This document shows, piece after piece, positions 1 through 7,826 of a stretch of 10,050 nucleotides of DNA; the first letter of the stretch is position 1; each line of letters opens with the position of its first letter. Made by a program: the position numbers and the translations under genes. The stretch lies in contig CBFGJN010000064.1 of assembly GCA_965649115.1 (NCBI GenBank), positions 1 to 10,050 on the forward strand, read 5' to 3'. The stretch comes from a candidate division WOR-3 bacterium. Its GTDB lineage: Bacteria > Hydrothermota > Hydrothermia > LBFQ01 > DSFT01. Under the pieces are notes generated by a model that worked only from the letters and a program-made list of their open reading frames with translations, searched no databases and was not told the DNA's origin.

Positions 1-196
1 GAATTATATATATGAGAAAGCGAATGATTTACTAAATAGTGGGACAAACAAAGTAATATGGATATTAACCAAGCCAAGGATTATTTTAATAGCCCAGAAG
101 GGGAAATCTTGGGAGATTAAAAAGTGGAATGATGATGTAGAAGTTATGGAGAATATAACTTTTAATTTAGATAAGCTTTTAAGGGAGGAGATATGA
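1..196 (+). CDS. Uma2/DUF820-like putative endonuclease, copy 0 (5'-truncated by window edge)
   Basis: Not in the ORF track. The frame starting at base 2 reads NYIYEKANDLLNSGTNKVIWILTKPRIILIAQKGKSWEIKKWNDDVEVMENITFNLDKLLREEI*, with TGA at 194-196. Bases 1-188 match 1717-1904 with 2 mismatches. Confidence 0.85.
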   Translation, partial: NYIYEKANDLLNSGTNKVIWILTKPRIILIAQKGKSWEIKKWNDDVEVMENITFNLDKLLREEI

Positions 197-316
197 AAGT
201 TTTAGAAAATAAAAAATTACTAAAAGAGCTAATTTATGAAGAAGTTAATGGAAAACCAATTTATTACAAGAATTATAAGCTCGTTATTAAAGGTAAAAAA
301 ACTCTGGAGGAGGTTA
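44..316 (+). repeat. 273-bp direct repeat spanning a Uma2 gene junction (C-terminal block + SD/ATGA + N-terminal block), copy 1
   Basis: Matches 1188-1460 at offset 1144, with 5 mismatches counted by eye. Confidence 0.9.
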
Positions 317-759
317 AAATGAGTTCTCCATTACAATCTGAAATTATTGTCTTACTAATAAACTTTTTATCTTCAAGACTTGATAAGAGTAAGTACAAAA
401 TCCTTGCTCATGAAATAGGTGTAAAAACAAATAGTGGTAGAAGAGCGATTGACATTGCTATTTTTGAATATAAAAAAGTAAAACCATATTTAGGAAAGAG
501 TAAAATTATACCTTTTGTTCCAAAAATTGCTATTGAAGTTGACACAAAGGTGGAAGGCAATGTCATTAACTATGTAAACGAAAAAACAAAGGATTTACTA
601 ACTAGTGGAGCAGAAAAAGTTATATGGATATTTACTAAAACAAAAATTATTTTAATAGCAACCCATCAAGGTTCAGAAATTAAAAGTTTTAAGGATAATA
701 TAAGTATCATAGAAGGGATAACGCTTAATTTAGATAAGCTTTTAAGGGAGGAGTTATGA
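193..759 (+). CDS. Uma2/DUF820-like putative endonuclease (PD-(D/E)xK fold), copy 1
   Basis: 188 aa with YEEVNGKPIYY, MSSPLQS, E-x-G-V, IDIAIF, IAIEVDTK and G-x-x-KVIWI in Uma2-like order. SD GGAGGAG precedes an ATG that overlaps the upstream stop (ATGA). Confidence 0.75.
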   Translation: MKVLENKKLLKELIYEEVNGKPIYYKNYKLVIKGKKTLEEVKMSSPLQSEIIVLLINFLSSRLDKSKYKILAHEIGVKTNSGRRAIDIAIFEYKKVKPYLGKSKIIPFVPKIAIEVDTKVEGNVINYVNEKTKDLLTSGAEKVIWIFTKTKIILIATHQGSEIKSFKDNISIIEGITLNLDKLLREEL

Positions 760-1340
760 AAAGTGTTTTAAAAGAAAATAAAAAATTACTTAAAGAATTA
801 GTTTATGAAGAAGTTAATGGAAAACCAATTTATTACAAGAATTATAAACTTGTTATTAAAGGTAAAAAAACTCTGGAGGAGGTTATGGCAAGTTCTATTT
901 TTCAATCTAGAATAATTACTGCTCTAATAAACTTATTAAGTTCAAAATTAAATCCAATAGGATATTTAGTTTTAGGTTCTGAATTGGGCGTTAGAACAAA
1001 GAAAGGTTTTAGAAGTATAGATATTGCTATATATAGAAAAGATGATATAAAAGCATATAAAAATTTATTAAAATACGTTCCAATTACACCGTTAATCTGT
1101 ATTGAAGTTGATACAAAGGCTGAATTAAAAAACAAAGATATTATGGACTACATTTCTGAAAAAATTAATGATTTATTTCAAAAAGAAACAAACAAAGTAA
1201 TATGGATATTAACCAAGCCAAGGATTATTTTAATAGCCCAGAAGGGGAAATCTTGGGAGATTAAAAAGTGGGATGATGATATAGAAGTTATGGAGAATAT
1301 AACTTTTAATTTAGATAAGCTTTTAAGGGAGGAGTTATGA
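756..1340 (+). CDS. Uma2/DUF820-like putative endonuclease, copy 2
   Basis: 194-aa paralogue with ELGV, IDIAIY, ICIEVDTK and KVIWI motifs. ATGA overlap and GGAGGAG SD. Confidence 0.75.
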   Translation: MKSVLKENKKLLKELVYEEVNGKPIYYKNYKLVIKGKKTLEEVMASSIFQSRIITALINLLSSKLNPIGYLVLGSELGVRTKKGFRSIDIAIYRKDDIKAYKNLLKYVPITPLICIEVDTKAELKNKDIMDYISEKINDLFQKETNKVIWILTKPRIILIAQKGKSWEIKKWDDDIEVMENITFNLDKLLREEL

Positions 1341-1460
1341 AAGTTTTAGAAAATAAAAAATTGCTAAAAGAGCTAATTTATGAAGAAGTAAATGGAAAAC
1401 CAATTTATTACAAGAATTATAAGCTCGTTATTAAAGGTAAAAAAACTCTGGAGGAGGTTA
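1188..1460 (+). repeat. 273-bp junction-spanning direct repeat, copy 2
   Basis: Matches 44-316. Its first 145 bp (1188-1332) appear identical to 1760-1904. The N-terminal part also recurs at 774-885. Confidence 0.9.
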
Positions 1461-1915
1461 TGGCAAGTTCAGGATTTCACTCTTTAATTTTGGAAATAAT
1501 AAGAGATTACTTAAAGAAAATGCTAAGAAGAGCTTATATTATTCTGACAGGTGAGGTAGGAGTTAGAACAAATAGTGGTTATAGAGCATTGGATATAGGT
1601 ATTTTTAACTTTGAGAAAATAAAACCTTATCTAAATAAAGACAAAATTTTACCAATCTGTCCTATAATAGCAATTGAGATTGACACGAAGGCGCAATTAA
1701 AGGAAGGTGAATATATGAATTATATATATGAGAAAGCGAATGATTTACTAAATAGTGGGACAAACAAAGTAATATGGATATTAACCAAGCCAAGGATTAT
1801 TTTAATAGCCCAGAAGGGGAAATCTTGGGAGATTAAAAAGTGGGATGATGATATAGAAGTTATGGAGAATATAACTTTTAATTTAGATAAGCTTTTAAGG
1901 GAGGTTGGAATATGA
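1337..1915 (+). CDS. Uma2/DUF820-like putative endonuclease, copy 3
   Basis: 192-aa paralogue with MASSGFHS, EVGV, LDIGIF and IAIEIDTK. Its stop overlaps the rplO start. Confidence 0.75.
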   Translation: MKVLENKKLLKELIYEEVNGKPIYYKNYKLVIKGKKTLEEVMASSGFHSLILEIIRDYLKKMLRRAYIILTGEVGVRTNSGYRALDIGIFNFEKIKPYLNKDKILPICPIIAIEIDTKAQLKEGEYMNYIYEKANDLLNSGTNKVIWILTKPRIILIAQKGKSWEIKKWDDDIEVMENITFNLDKLLREVGI

Positions 1916-2358
1916 TAACGTTGAGTAATTTGAAACCAAAAAAAGGAGCAAATTTTGAGAAAGTTAGAGTTGGAAGAGGAATAGGCTCTGGACTTGGAAA
2001 AACAGCTGGAAGAGGTCAAAAAGGTCAAAAATCAAGAGAAGGGGATCCAAAAGAACCTTGGTTTGAAGGTGGTCAAACTCCTATATATAGAAGACTGCCA
2101 AAGAGAGGTTTTAAAAATCCATTTTCCATTGAATATCAGGAAGTTAATCTTGATAAAATAGATAAAAAATTTAAAGAGGGTGAAATTGTAAATAAACAAA
2201 CACTTTTTGAAAGAAAATTAATAGAAAATACTAAAAAACCAGTTAAAATTCTTGCAAGAGGAAACCTTACAAAGTCCCTTATATTTGAAGGAATAGAAAA
2301 ATTTTCAAAAAAAGCTATTGAAATTATAAAAGCATCAAATTCAAAAATAAAGGAGTAA
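1912..2358 (+). CDS. rplO: 50S ribosomal protein L15 (uL15)
   Basis: Motifs RVGRGIGSGLGKTAGRGQKGQKSR, FEGGQTPIYRRLPKRGF and VKILARG. Lies directly upstream of secY. Confidence 0.99.
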   Translation: MITLSNLKPKKGANFEKVRVGRGIGSGLGKTAGRGQKGQKSREGDPKEPWFEGGQTPIYRRLPKRGFKNPFSIEYQEVNLDKIDKKFKEGEIVNKQTLFERKLIENTKKPVKILARGNLTKSLIFEGIEKFSKKAIEIIKASNSKIKE

Positions 2359-2363
2359 AAACT

Positions 2364-3680
2364 ATGATAAATTCAATAGCAAACATTTTCAAAATTGATG
2401 AATTAAGACAAAAAATTCTCTTTACACTTTTGATAATCCTTGTTTTTAGGATAGGAACTCACATTCCATTACCTGGTATAAACGCATCTGCCCTTGCACA
2501 ATTTTTTGAGACACTTAGAGGAACTGTTTTTGGGATTTATGATATTTTCGTAGGAGGAGCTTTGTCAAGAGCTTCCATTTTTGCTCTTGGAATAATGCCC
2601 TATATCTCTGCATCAATTATAATGCAATTATTATCAAATACACTTCCAAATTTACAGAGACTTCAAAGGGAAGGAGAACATGGGAGAAGAGTTATAAATC
2701 AATATTCAAGATTACTAACAGTTCTAATAGCAAGTGTTCAGGCATTTGGTATAACTTCATTTCTTCAAACACTTAAAACTCAAACGGGAATACCTATTGT
2801 CCCAAATCCTGGTTTATTATTTACAATAACAACTGTAATAACACTTGTTGGTGGTGCTATTTTTGTAATGTGGCTTGGGGAACAAATTGATGAGAGAGGA
2901 ATAGGGAGAGGTTCATCAGTTCTTATTTTAATAGGTTCTCTTGACACATTTCCCGCTGAAATAAGAGCGGTTAGTAATTTATTACTTTCTGGAACAATAA
3001 CCTGGATAAATGTTTTAATTTTCTTGGCATTTTTCGTTTTAATAACATCAGCAGTAGTTATAATAACAGAGGTTCAAAGAAGGATACCAATTCATTATGC
3101 TAAAAGAGTTGTAGGAAAAGCTGTTGTTGGAGGACAAACAACATATTTACCATTAACAGTTAATGTGGCAGGTGTTATTCCAATTATATTTGCTCAAAGT
3201 GTTCTTATCTTTCCACAAACAATATCAACAATGTTCCCAAATACTCAAATTCAAGTTCTATTTCAAACTTATTTTTCACCAGGAACGCTAATTTATGACA
3301 TTTTATATGGAATTTTAATTCTATTCTTTGCTTACTTTTATACATCAATTGTTTTAAATCCAAAGGATATAGCAGATAATTTACAAAGATATGGAGGATT
3401 TATTCCAGGAATAAGACCTGGCGATGCAACAGCACAATATATAGACCATGTAATGTCAAGAATTCTTTTACCTGCTTCAATTTTCTTTATATTTATAGCA
3501 ATTGCTCCATATCACTTATCAAAGTTATTAAACATTCCTTTTTATTTTGGAGGAACAAGAATTTTAATTATTGTAGGTGTTATTCTTGACTTAGTAAATC
3601 AAATAAATTCATACCTTATTATGAAGCAATATGACGCTTTAATCAAAAAGGGGAAAATAAGAGGATGGAGAGCTTCATAA
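2364..3680 (+). CDS. secY: Preprotein translocase subunit SecY
   Basis: 438-aa multipass protein with FRIGTHIPLPG, SIFALGIMPYISASIIMQLL, WLGEQI, AGVIPIIFA, GGFIPGIRPG and FYFGGT. Confidence 0.99.
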   Translation: MINSIANIFKIDELRQKILFTLLIILVFRIGTHIPLPGINASALAQFFETLRGTVFGIYDIFVGGALSRASIFALGIMPYISASIIMQLLSNTLPNLQRLQREGEHGRRVINQYSRLLTVLIASVQAFGITSFLQTLKTQTGIPIVPNPGLLFTITTVITLVGGAIFVMWLGEQIDERGIGRGSSVLILIGSLDTFPAEIRAVSNLLLSGTITWINVLIFLAFFVLITSAVVIITEVQRRIPIHYAKRVVGKAVVGGQTTYLPLTVNVAGVIPIIFAQSVLIFPQTISTMFPNTQIQVLFQTYFSPGTLIYDILYGILILFFAYFYTSIVLNPKDIADNLQRYGGFIPGIRPGDATAQYIDHVMSRILLPASIFFIFIAIAPYHLSKLLNIPFYFGGTRILIIVGVILDLVNQINSYLIMKQYDALIKKGKIRGWRAS

Positions 3681-3919
3681 GTTTAACAATTGATGTATAT
3701 TGCTTTATTATATTTCTTAGTGCAATTTTAAGTTGGTTTGACTTAGAAAGAAATAACGATGTTGTTAGATTTATTGATAGTTTATCCGATATTGTTTTAA
3801 GACCTATAAGAAATTTCCTTTTTGAAAAGTTAAAATGGTCCTTACCTATTGATATTTCTCCAATCATAGCCATATTTCTCTTACAAATTATAAAAGCTAT
3901 ACTTGTAAGAATTATATGA
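3665..3919 (+). CDS. YggT-family membrane protein
   Basis: 84 aa with two hydrophobic segments and the motifs AILSW, LRPIR and IDISPIIA. Overlaps secY by 16 nt. Confidence 0.85.
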   Translation: MESFISLTIDVYCFIIFLSAILSWFDLERNNDVVRFIDSLSDIVLRPIRNFLFEKLKWSLPIDISPIIAIFLLQIIKAILVRII

Positions 3920-4770
3920 TTTGGAAATTAAAGGAAGGAGAGATTGAGTTTGAAGATAAGCCAATAATTATGGGAATTTTAAATATAACACCAGATTCAT
4001 TTTACAAAAATTCAAGAGTTATGGATATTAAGGAAGCTGTAAATAGAGCAATTAAGTTTATTGAAGAAGGAGCTAAAATTATAGATGTTGGAGGACAATC
4101 AACAAGACCATTTTCTGATGAAATTCCCGAAGAAGAGGAAATTAAAAGAGTTATTCCTATTATTAAAGCAATTAGAAATGAAATTCCAAAAGATATTTAC
4201 ATTTCAATAGATACCTATCGTTCAAATGTAGCAAAACTAGCTCTTGAAAGCGGAGCTAATATTGTAAATGATATATCTGGTTTGATGTTTGATAAAAATA
4301 TGGCAAAAGTTGTAAAAGATTACAATTGTGGAGTAGTAATAATGCATATTCGTGGAAAACCTAAGAATATGCAAGAAAATCCTTATTATGAAGATACAAT
4401 AAAGGAAATAAAAGAGGAGTTAAATTTGAGAATTGAATATGCTTTAAATAATGATATTAAAAAGGAGCAAATTGTAATAGACCCTGGCATTGGATTTGGT
4501 AAAAGAGTTTATGATAATTTAGTTATTTTAAAATATATTGATGAATTTTTCGATTTTGAACTGCCAATTTTAGTTGGTCATTCAAGAAAATCATTCATTG
4601 GTAAAGTTTTAAATTTAGAAAATCCCGAAGATAGATTAATTGGCTCAATAGTTGTTAGCTCATATTTAACATTAAAGGGGATAAATATAATTAGAACACA
4701 TGATGTTAAAGAAACCAAACAAACAATAGATATGATTTATGCAATTCTTAATCCTGAAAATTACTTATGA
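3916..4770 (+). CDS. folP: Dihydropteroate synthase
   Basis: Motifs IMGILNITPDSF, IIDVGGQSTRP, ISIDT, NDISG, DPGIGFGK, GHSRKSF and IIRTHDV. Confidence 0.98.
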   Translation: MIWKLKEGEIEFEDKPIIMGILNITPDSFYKNSRVMDIKEAVNRAIKFIEEGAKIIDVGGQSTRPFSDEIPEEEEIKRVIPIIKAIRNEIPKDIYISIDTYRSNVAKLALESGANIVNDISGLMFDKNMAKVVKDYNCGVVIMHIRGKPKNMQENPYYEDTIKEIKEELNLRIEYALNNDIKKEQIVIDPGIGFGKRVYDNLVILKYIDEFFDFELPILVGHSRKSFIGKVLNLENPEDRLIGSIVVSSYLTLKGINIIRTHDVKETKQTIDMIYAILNPENYL

Positions 4771-5657
4771 AAGTTTCAATAATTTCTCCTGCTTATAATG
4801 AAGAAGAGAATATTCCATTTTTAATTGAAGAGTTTATCAAATTTAAAGAAAATAATAATTTAAGTGATTGGGAACTTATAATTGTAGATGATGGAAGTTC
4901 TGATAAGACTTATGAGAAGGCTATTGAATTATCAAAAAATAGAGAAGATATTTTAGTTATTAAACTTCCGTATAATAAAGGTAAAACAGATGCTATAAAG
5001 GAAGGTTTTAAATTTTCAAAAGGAGAAATTATTATAATTTTTGATGCTGATTTACAATTTTCATTTGAAGATGCTTATAGAATTGCTAAAAAAATTGAAG
5101 ACGAGAATTGGGATTTAGTGGCAGGTTATAAAGTCGGTAAGTACGAAAAACGATTTGTCTCATTTATTTATAACTTTTTATCAAGAATTTTTTTTAATAT
5201 AAAGGTTAGGGACATGAATGCTTTAAAAGGTATGAAAAGGATAGTTCTTGAAAGTATTCCATTAAGAAAAGAATGGCATAGATATATTATTCCTATTGCA
5301 CATCATTATAAATTTAAAATTACAGAAATTCCTGTTAAATTATATCCAAGAAGAGCAGGTATTAGTAAGTATAGAGGCAAATTAAGAATTTTAGTAGGAT
5401 TTATGGACTTATTAGCTGTAAAATTCCTATTAACATTTAAAGAAAAACCATTATTGTTGTTTGGAACATTAGGATTTTTATTTTTGTTTATTGGGTTTCT
5501 AATTGGTTTATTGGCAATTATTTTGAGATTTGTTTTTGATTTAGGTTATAGACCACTTGCTTATTTAGTAATTCTATTTGTTCTTTCAGGATTACTTCTA
5601 ATTTCAATGGGATTTATAGCGGAACTTATTGCTTATTATGAAGAAAACAAAAAGTGA
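4767..5657 (+). CDS. GT2 glycosyltransferase, polyprenol-phosphate/ArnC-DPM1-like, two C-terminal TM helices
   Basis: Motifs SIISPAYNEEENI, IIVDDGSSD, N-x-GK, DADLQ, HRYI and R-x-x-G-x-SKY, then a hydrophobic C-terminus. Substrate cannot be determined. Confidence 0.9.
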   Translation: MKVSIISPAYNEEENIPFLIEEFIKFKENNNLSDWELIIVDDGSSDKTYEKAIELSKNREDILVIKLPYNKGKTDAIKEGFKFSKGEIIIIFDADLQFSFEDAYRIAKKIEDENWDLVAGYKVGKYEKRFVSFIYNFLSRIFFNIKVRDMNALKGMKRIVLESIPLRKEWHRYIIPIAHHYKFKITEIPVKLYPRRAGISKYRGKLRILVGFMDLLAVKFLLTFKEKPLLLFGTLGFLFLFIGFLIGLLAIILRFVFDLGYRPLAYLVILFVLSGLLLISMGFIAELIAYYEENKK

Positions 5658-5686
5658 TAAGTTCTTGATAATAGGCGAAGCCTTAT

Positions 5687-5815
5687 TGCTTTGTCTAAAA
5701 TTATGGATTTTACGGGGAATTTTAAGGGGGGCTCTGCCCCCCAAAGCAAAAAATGGGTACTTTAAAGCCGAAGGCTTTTGAAAAATAAATAATTCCAGAA
5801 TTTTTGGACACAGCA
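5687..5815 (+). mobile_element. MITE-like element, copy A (internally deleted, 129 bp)
   Basis: Ends are TGCTTTGTCTAAAATT...AATTTTTGGACACAGCA. Retains GGGGGGC-TCT-GCCCCCC and AAAGCC-GAA-GGCTTT. Homologous to 8173-8378. No target duplication visible. Confidence 0.75.
5726..5779. terminator. Candidate terminator hairpins between convergent genes, supplied by element copy A
   Basis: GC hairpin at 5726-5742, and a second hairpin at 5764-5778 whose 3' arm ends in a T4 run. Lies between convergent stops at 5657 and 5818. U-tracts are short. Confidence 0.4.
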
Positions 5816-5817
5816 CT

Positions 5818-7794
5818 TTAAATTAAATTTTCACTTACAATAACTGCAATATCAATAACATTAACATTGCTATTTTTTCTATTTACACCATCTGAAATCA
5901 TTATATTACAAAATGGACAAGCAACAGCAATTAAATCTGGACTTTTACTTAATAGTTCTTCTGTTCTTTCTATATTTATCTTTTTACCTATTTTTTCTTC
6001 CATCCACATTCTACCACCACCTGCACCACAACAAAAACTATTTTTCCTATTTCTTTCAGGTTCAATTAAACTTCCTATATTATTTAGAATTTCTCTTGGC
6101 TGTTCATATATATTATTATGTCTTGAAAGATAACAAGGGTCATGAAATATGATTTTTTGAGCTATTTTATTTATCTTAATTTTACCTTCTTTTATTAAAT
6201 TTAGAATAATTTCTGAATGATGATAGACTTCAAGTTTAATTCCAAAAAATTCATATTCATTTTTTAATGTGTTATAACAATGTGGGCAAATTGTTATAAT
6301 TTTATTGATGTTATATTTTTTAAATGTTTGGACATTTTCATAAGCAAGGGTCTGAAATAGTAATTCATTTCCAGTTCTTCTTGCACTATCTCCTGTACAT
6401 TTTTCTTCATCTCCAAGAACAGCAAATTTTACATTAGCTTTATTTAATATATTTACAAGTGCTTTAATAGTTTTTTGGCTTTTACTATCATATACACCTG
6501 CACATCCCATCCAAAGTAAATAATCAAAATTATAATTTGGATTTTCTTTTAAAATAATTAAATTTAATTCCTTTGCAAACTTATATCTTTCATTTTTTGG
6601 AGCATTCCAAGGGTTAAATTGATTTTCCATCCCTCTATAACTATTATTTAATTGAGATGGATAATTATTATCTTCTACAAGTCCTCTTCTATAATTTATT
6701 ATTAAATCAAGTTGATTAATACCAACAGGACAAGCATGAACACAAGCACCACAACTCGTACAAGACCATAATGCATCTTCACCTACAACAAATCCTAAAA
6801 CTTTATCCTCTTTATTTTCAATATATTCATAAGCATAATCTCTTGTATCAAGAACTATTTTTTTAGGATCTAATGGTTTATCAGTTAAATAAGCAGGACA
6901 AACACTTGTGCATCTTCCACAAATTGTACAAGCATCAACCATCAGAATTTTAAACCAAGGTAAGTCATAAATGTACTTATAACCTGTTTTTATTTCATCT
7001 TCACTAAAACTTTCTTTGTTCATAATTTCAATTAAATTATTTTCAACATCATGTTTGGCAGAGGGTTGTTTTTGATAGAAAATTAAATTTAATGTGGAAG
7101 TGAAAATGTGAGAAAGTTTTGAATAAGGAATATAAGCAATAAATAACATTGTTGTCCAAGCATGAATGTTCCAAAGAATCCTATGAAGAAATGAAATTTG
7201 TTCTTTTGGAAAATTATAAAACAATTTTGAAATTAAATAACCCATAAATGAAAACTTTTCAAATTCAGGTTTAAAATAAGCAATTCTTAAACCTTCAATA
7301 AGAAACCCTTGAACTGCTAAAATTAATAGTAAAATTAAAATGATGTTATCTTCAAGAATGTTTCTTAGATAATTTGGCAGAAAAAATAATCTTCTAAATA
7401 GTGCCAAAATCAAACCAATTATTAATAAAATTCCCGCAAAATCAGAGATAAATGACAAAAACAAATAAAAATCGCCATGTATAAATTTAATACCAAAGTC
7501 CATTTGAATTCCAACAAGAATAGTTGTAATTGTAAGGATTAAAAAAGCCCAAAAAATTGGAATGTGAGAAAATAAACCAAATTTTCTTTCTGAGACTTTC
7601 TTTTGAAAGAGAACATTAATTAAATAAGAAAAAACATTTATATTTACTTTTGTTTTTTTGCCAATTGACCAAACTTTAAAATGCCTATAAAATCCATAAA
7701 AAAAGAAAAAAAGAGCTATAAAAAATGTAATGTACATAATTAAAAAATCAATTTTAGAAACATTCCAACCAAAGGGTCTTGTTATTTGTTCCAT
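5818..7794 (-). CDS. Membrane-bound Fe-S oxidoreductase (NarI-like TM domain + 2x4Fe-4S + two CCG domains; FadF/HdrF-like)
   Basis: 658 aa. His-containing TM N-terminus ends in IPYSKLSHIF. Ferredoxin motifs are CTICGRCTSVCP and CTSCGACVHACP. CCG domains are GC..CTG..CPHC and HDPC..CCGAGGG..ACPFC. Confidence 0.9.
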   Translation of the reverse strand: MEQITRPFGWNVSKIDFLIMYITFFIALFFFFYGFYRHFKVWSIGKKTKVNINVFSYLINVLFQKKVSERKFGLFSHIPIFWAFLILTITTILVGIQMDFGIKFIHGDFYLFLSFISDFAGILLIIGLILALFRRLFFLPNYLRNILEDNIILILLLILAVQGFLIEGLRIAYFKPEFEKFSFMGYLISKLFYNFPKEQISFLHRILWNIHAWTTMLFIAYIPYSKLSHIFTSTLNLIFYQKQPSAKHDVENNLIEIMNKESFSEDEIKTGYKYIYDLPWFKILMVDACTICGRCTSVCPAYLTDKPLDPKKIVLDTRDYAYEYIENKEDKVLGFVVGEDALWSCTSCGACVHACPVGINQLDLIINYRRGLVEDNNYPSQLNNSYRGMENQFNPWNAPKNERYKFAKELNLIILKENPNYNFDYLLWMGCAGVYDSKSQKTIKALVNILNKANVKFAVLGDEEKCTGDSARRTGNELLFQTLAYENVQTFKKYNINKIITICPHCYNTLKNEYEFFGIKLEVYHHSEIILNLIKEGKIKINKIAQKIIFHDPCYLSRHNNIYEQPREILNNIGSLIEPERNRKNSFCCGAGGGRMWMEEKIGKKINIERTEELLSKSPDLIAVACPFCNIMISDGVNRKNSNVNVIDIAVIVSENLI

Positions 7795-7826
7795 AATTAA
7801 AATTTTAAAGGGAAATAAAAAGACTT

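Noticed and set aside
1..1915. Diversity-generating retroelement TR/VR pair
   Set aside because: No reverse transcriptase in the window. Variation lies in gene centres, includes indels and is not adenine-specific, and the C-termini are the conserved part.
1..1915. Integron cassette array or invertase shufflon
   Set aside because: Genes overlap with no room for attC sites, all repeats are direct, and no recombinase is visible.
902..2028. Antisense ORFs 902-1135 and 1720-2028
   Set aside because: Shadow frames of the Uma2 and rplO genes, with no recognisable motifs.
3643..3873. Antisense 76-aa ORF
   Set aside because: Lies opposite secY and the YggT gene, which have clear family motifs and coupling.
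5604..5816. 70-aa - strand ORF after the Fe-S gene
   Set aside because: Runs through repeat copy A and overlaps the GT2 gene antisense. The frame is not evidently kept in other copies.
5678..5824. Target-site duplication around copy A
   Set aside because: Flanks AAGCCTTAT and CTTTAAATT do not match.
5867..6152. Two + strand ORFs (88 and 79 aa)
   Set aside because: Antisense shadows of the Fe-S oxidoreductase.
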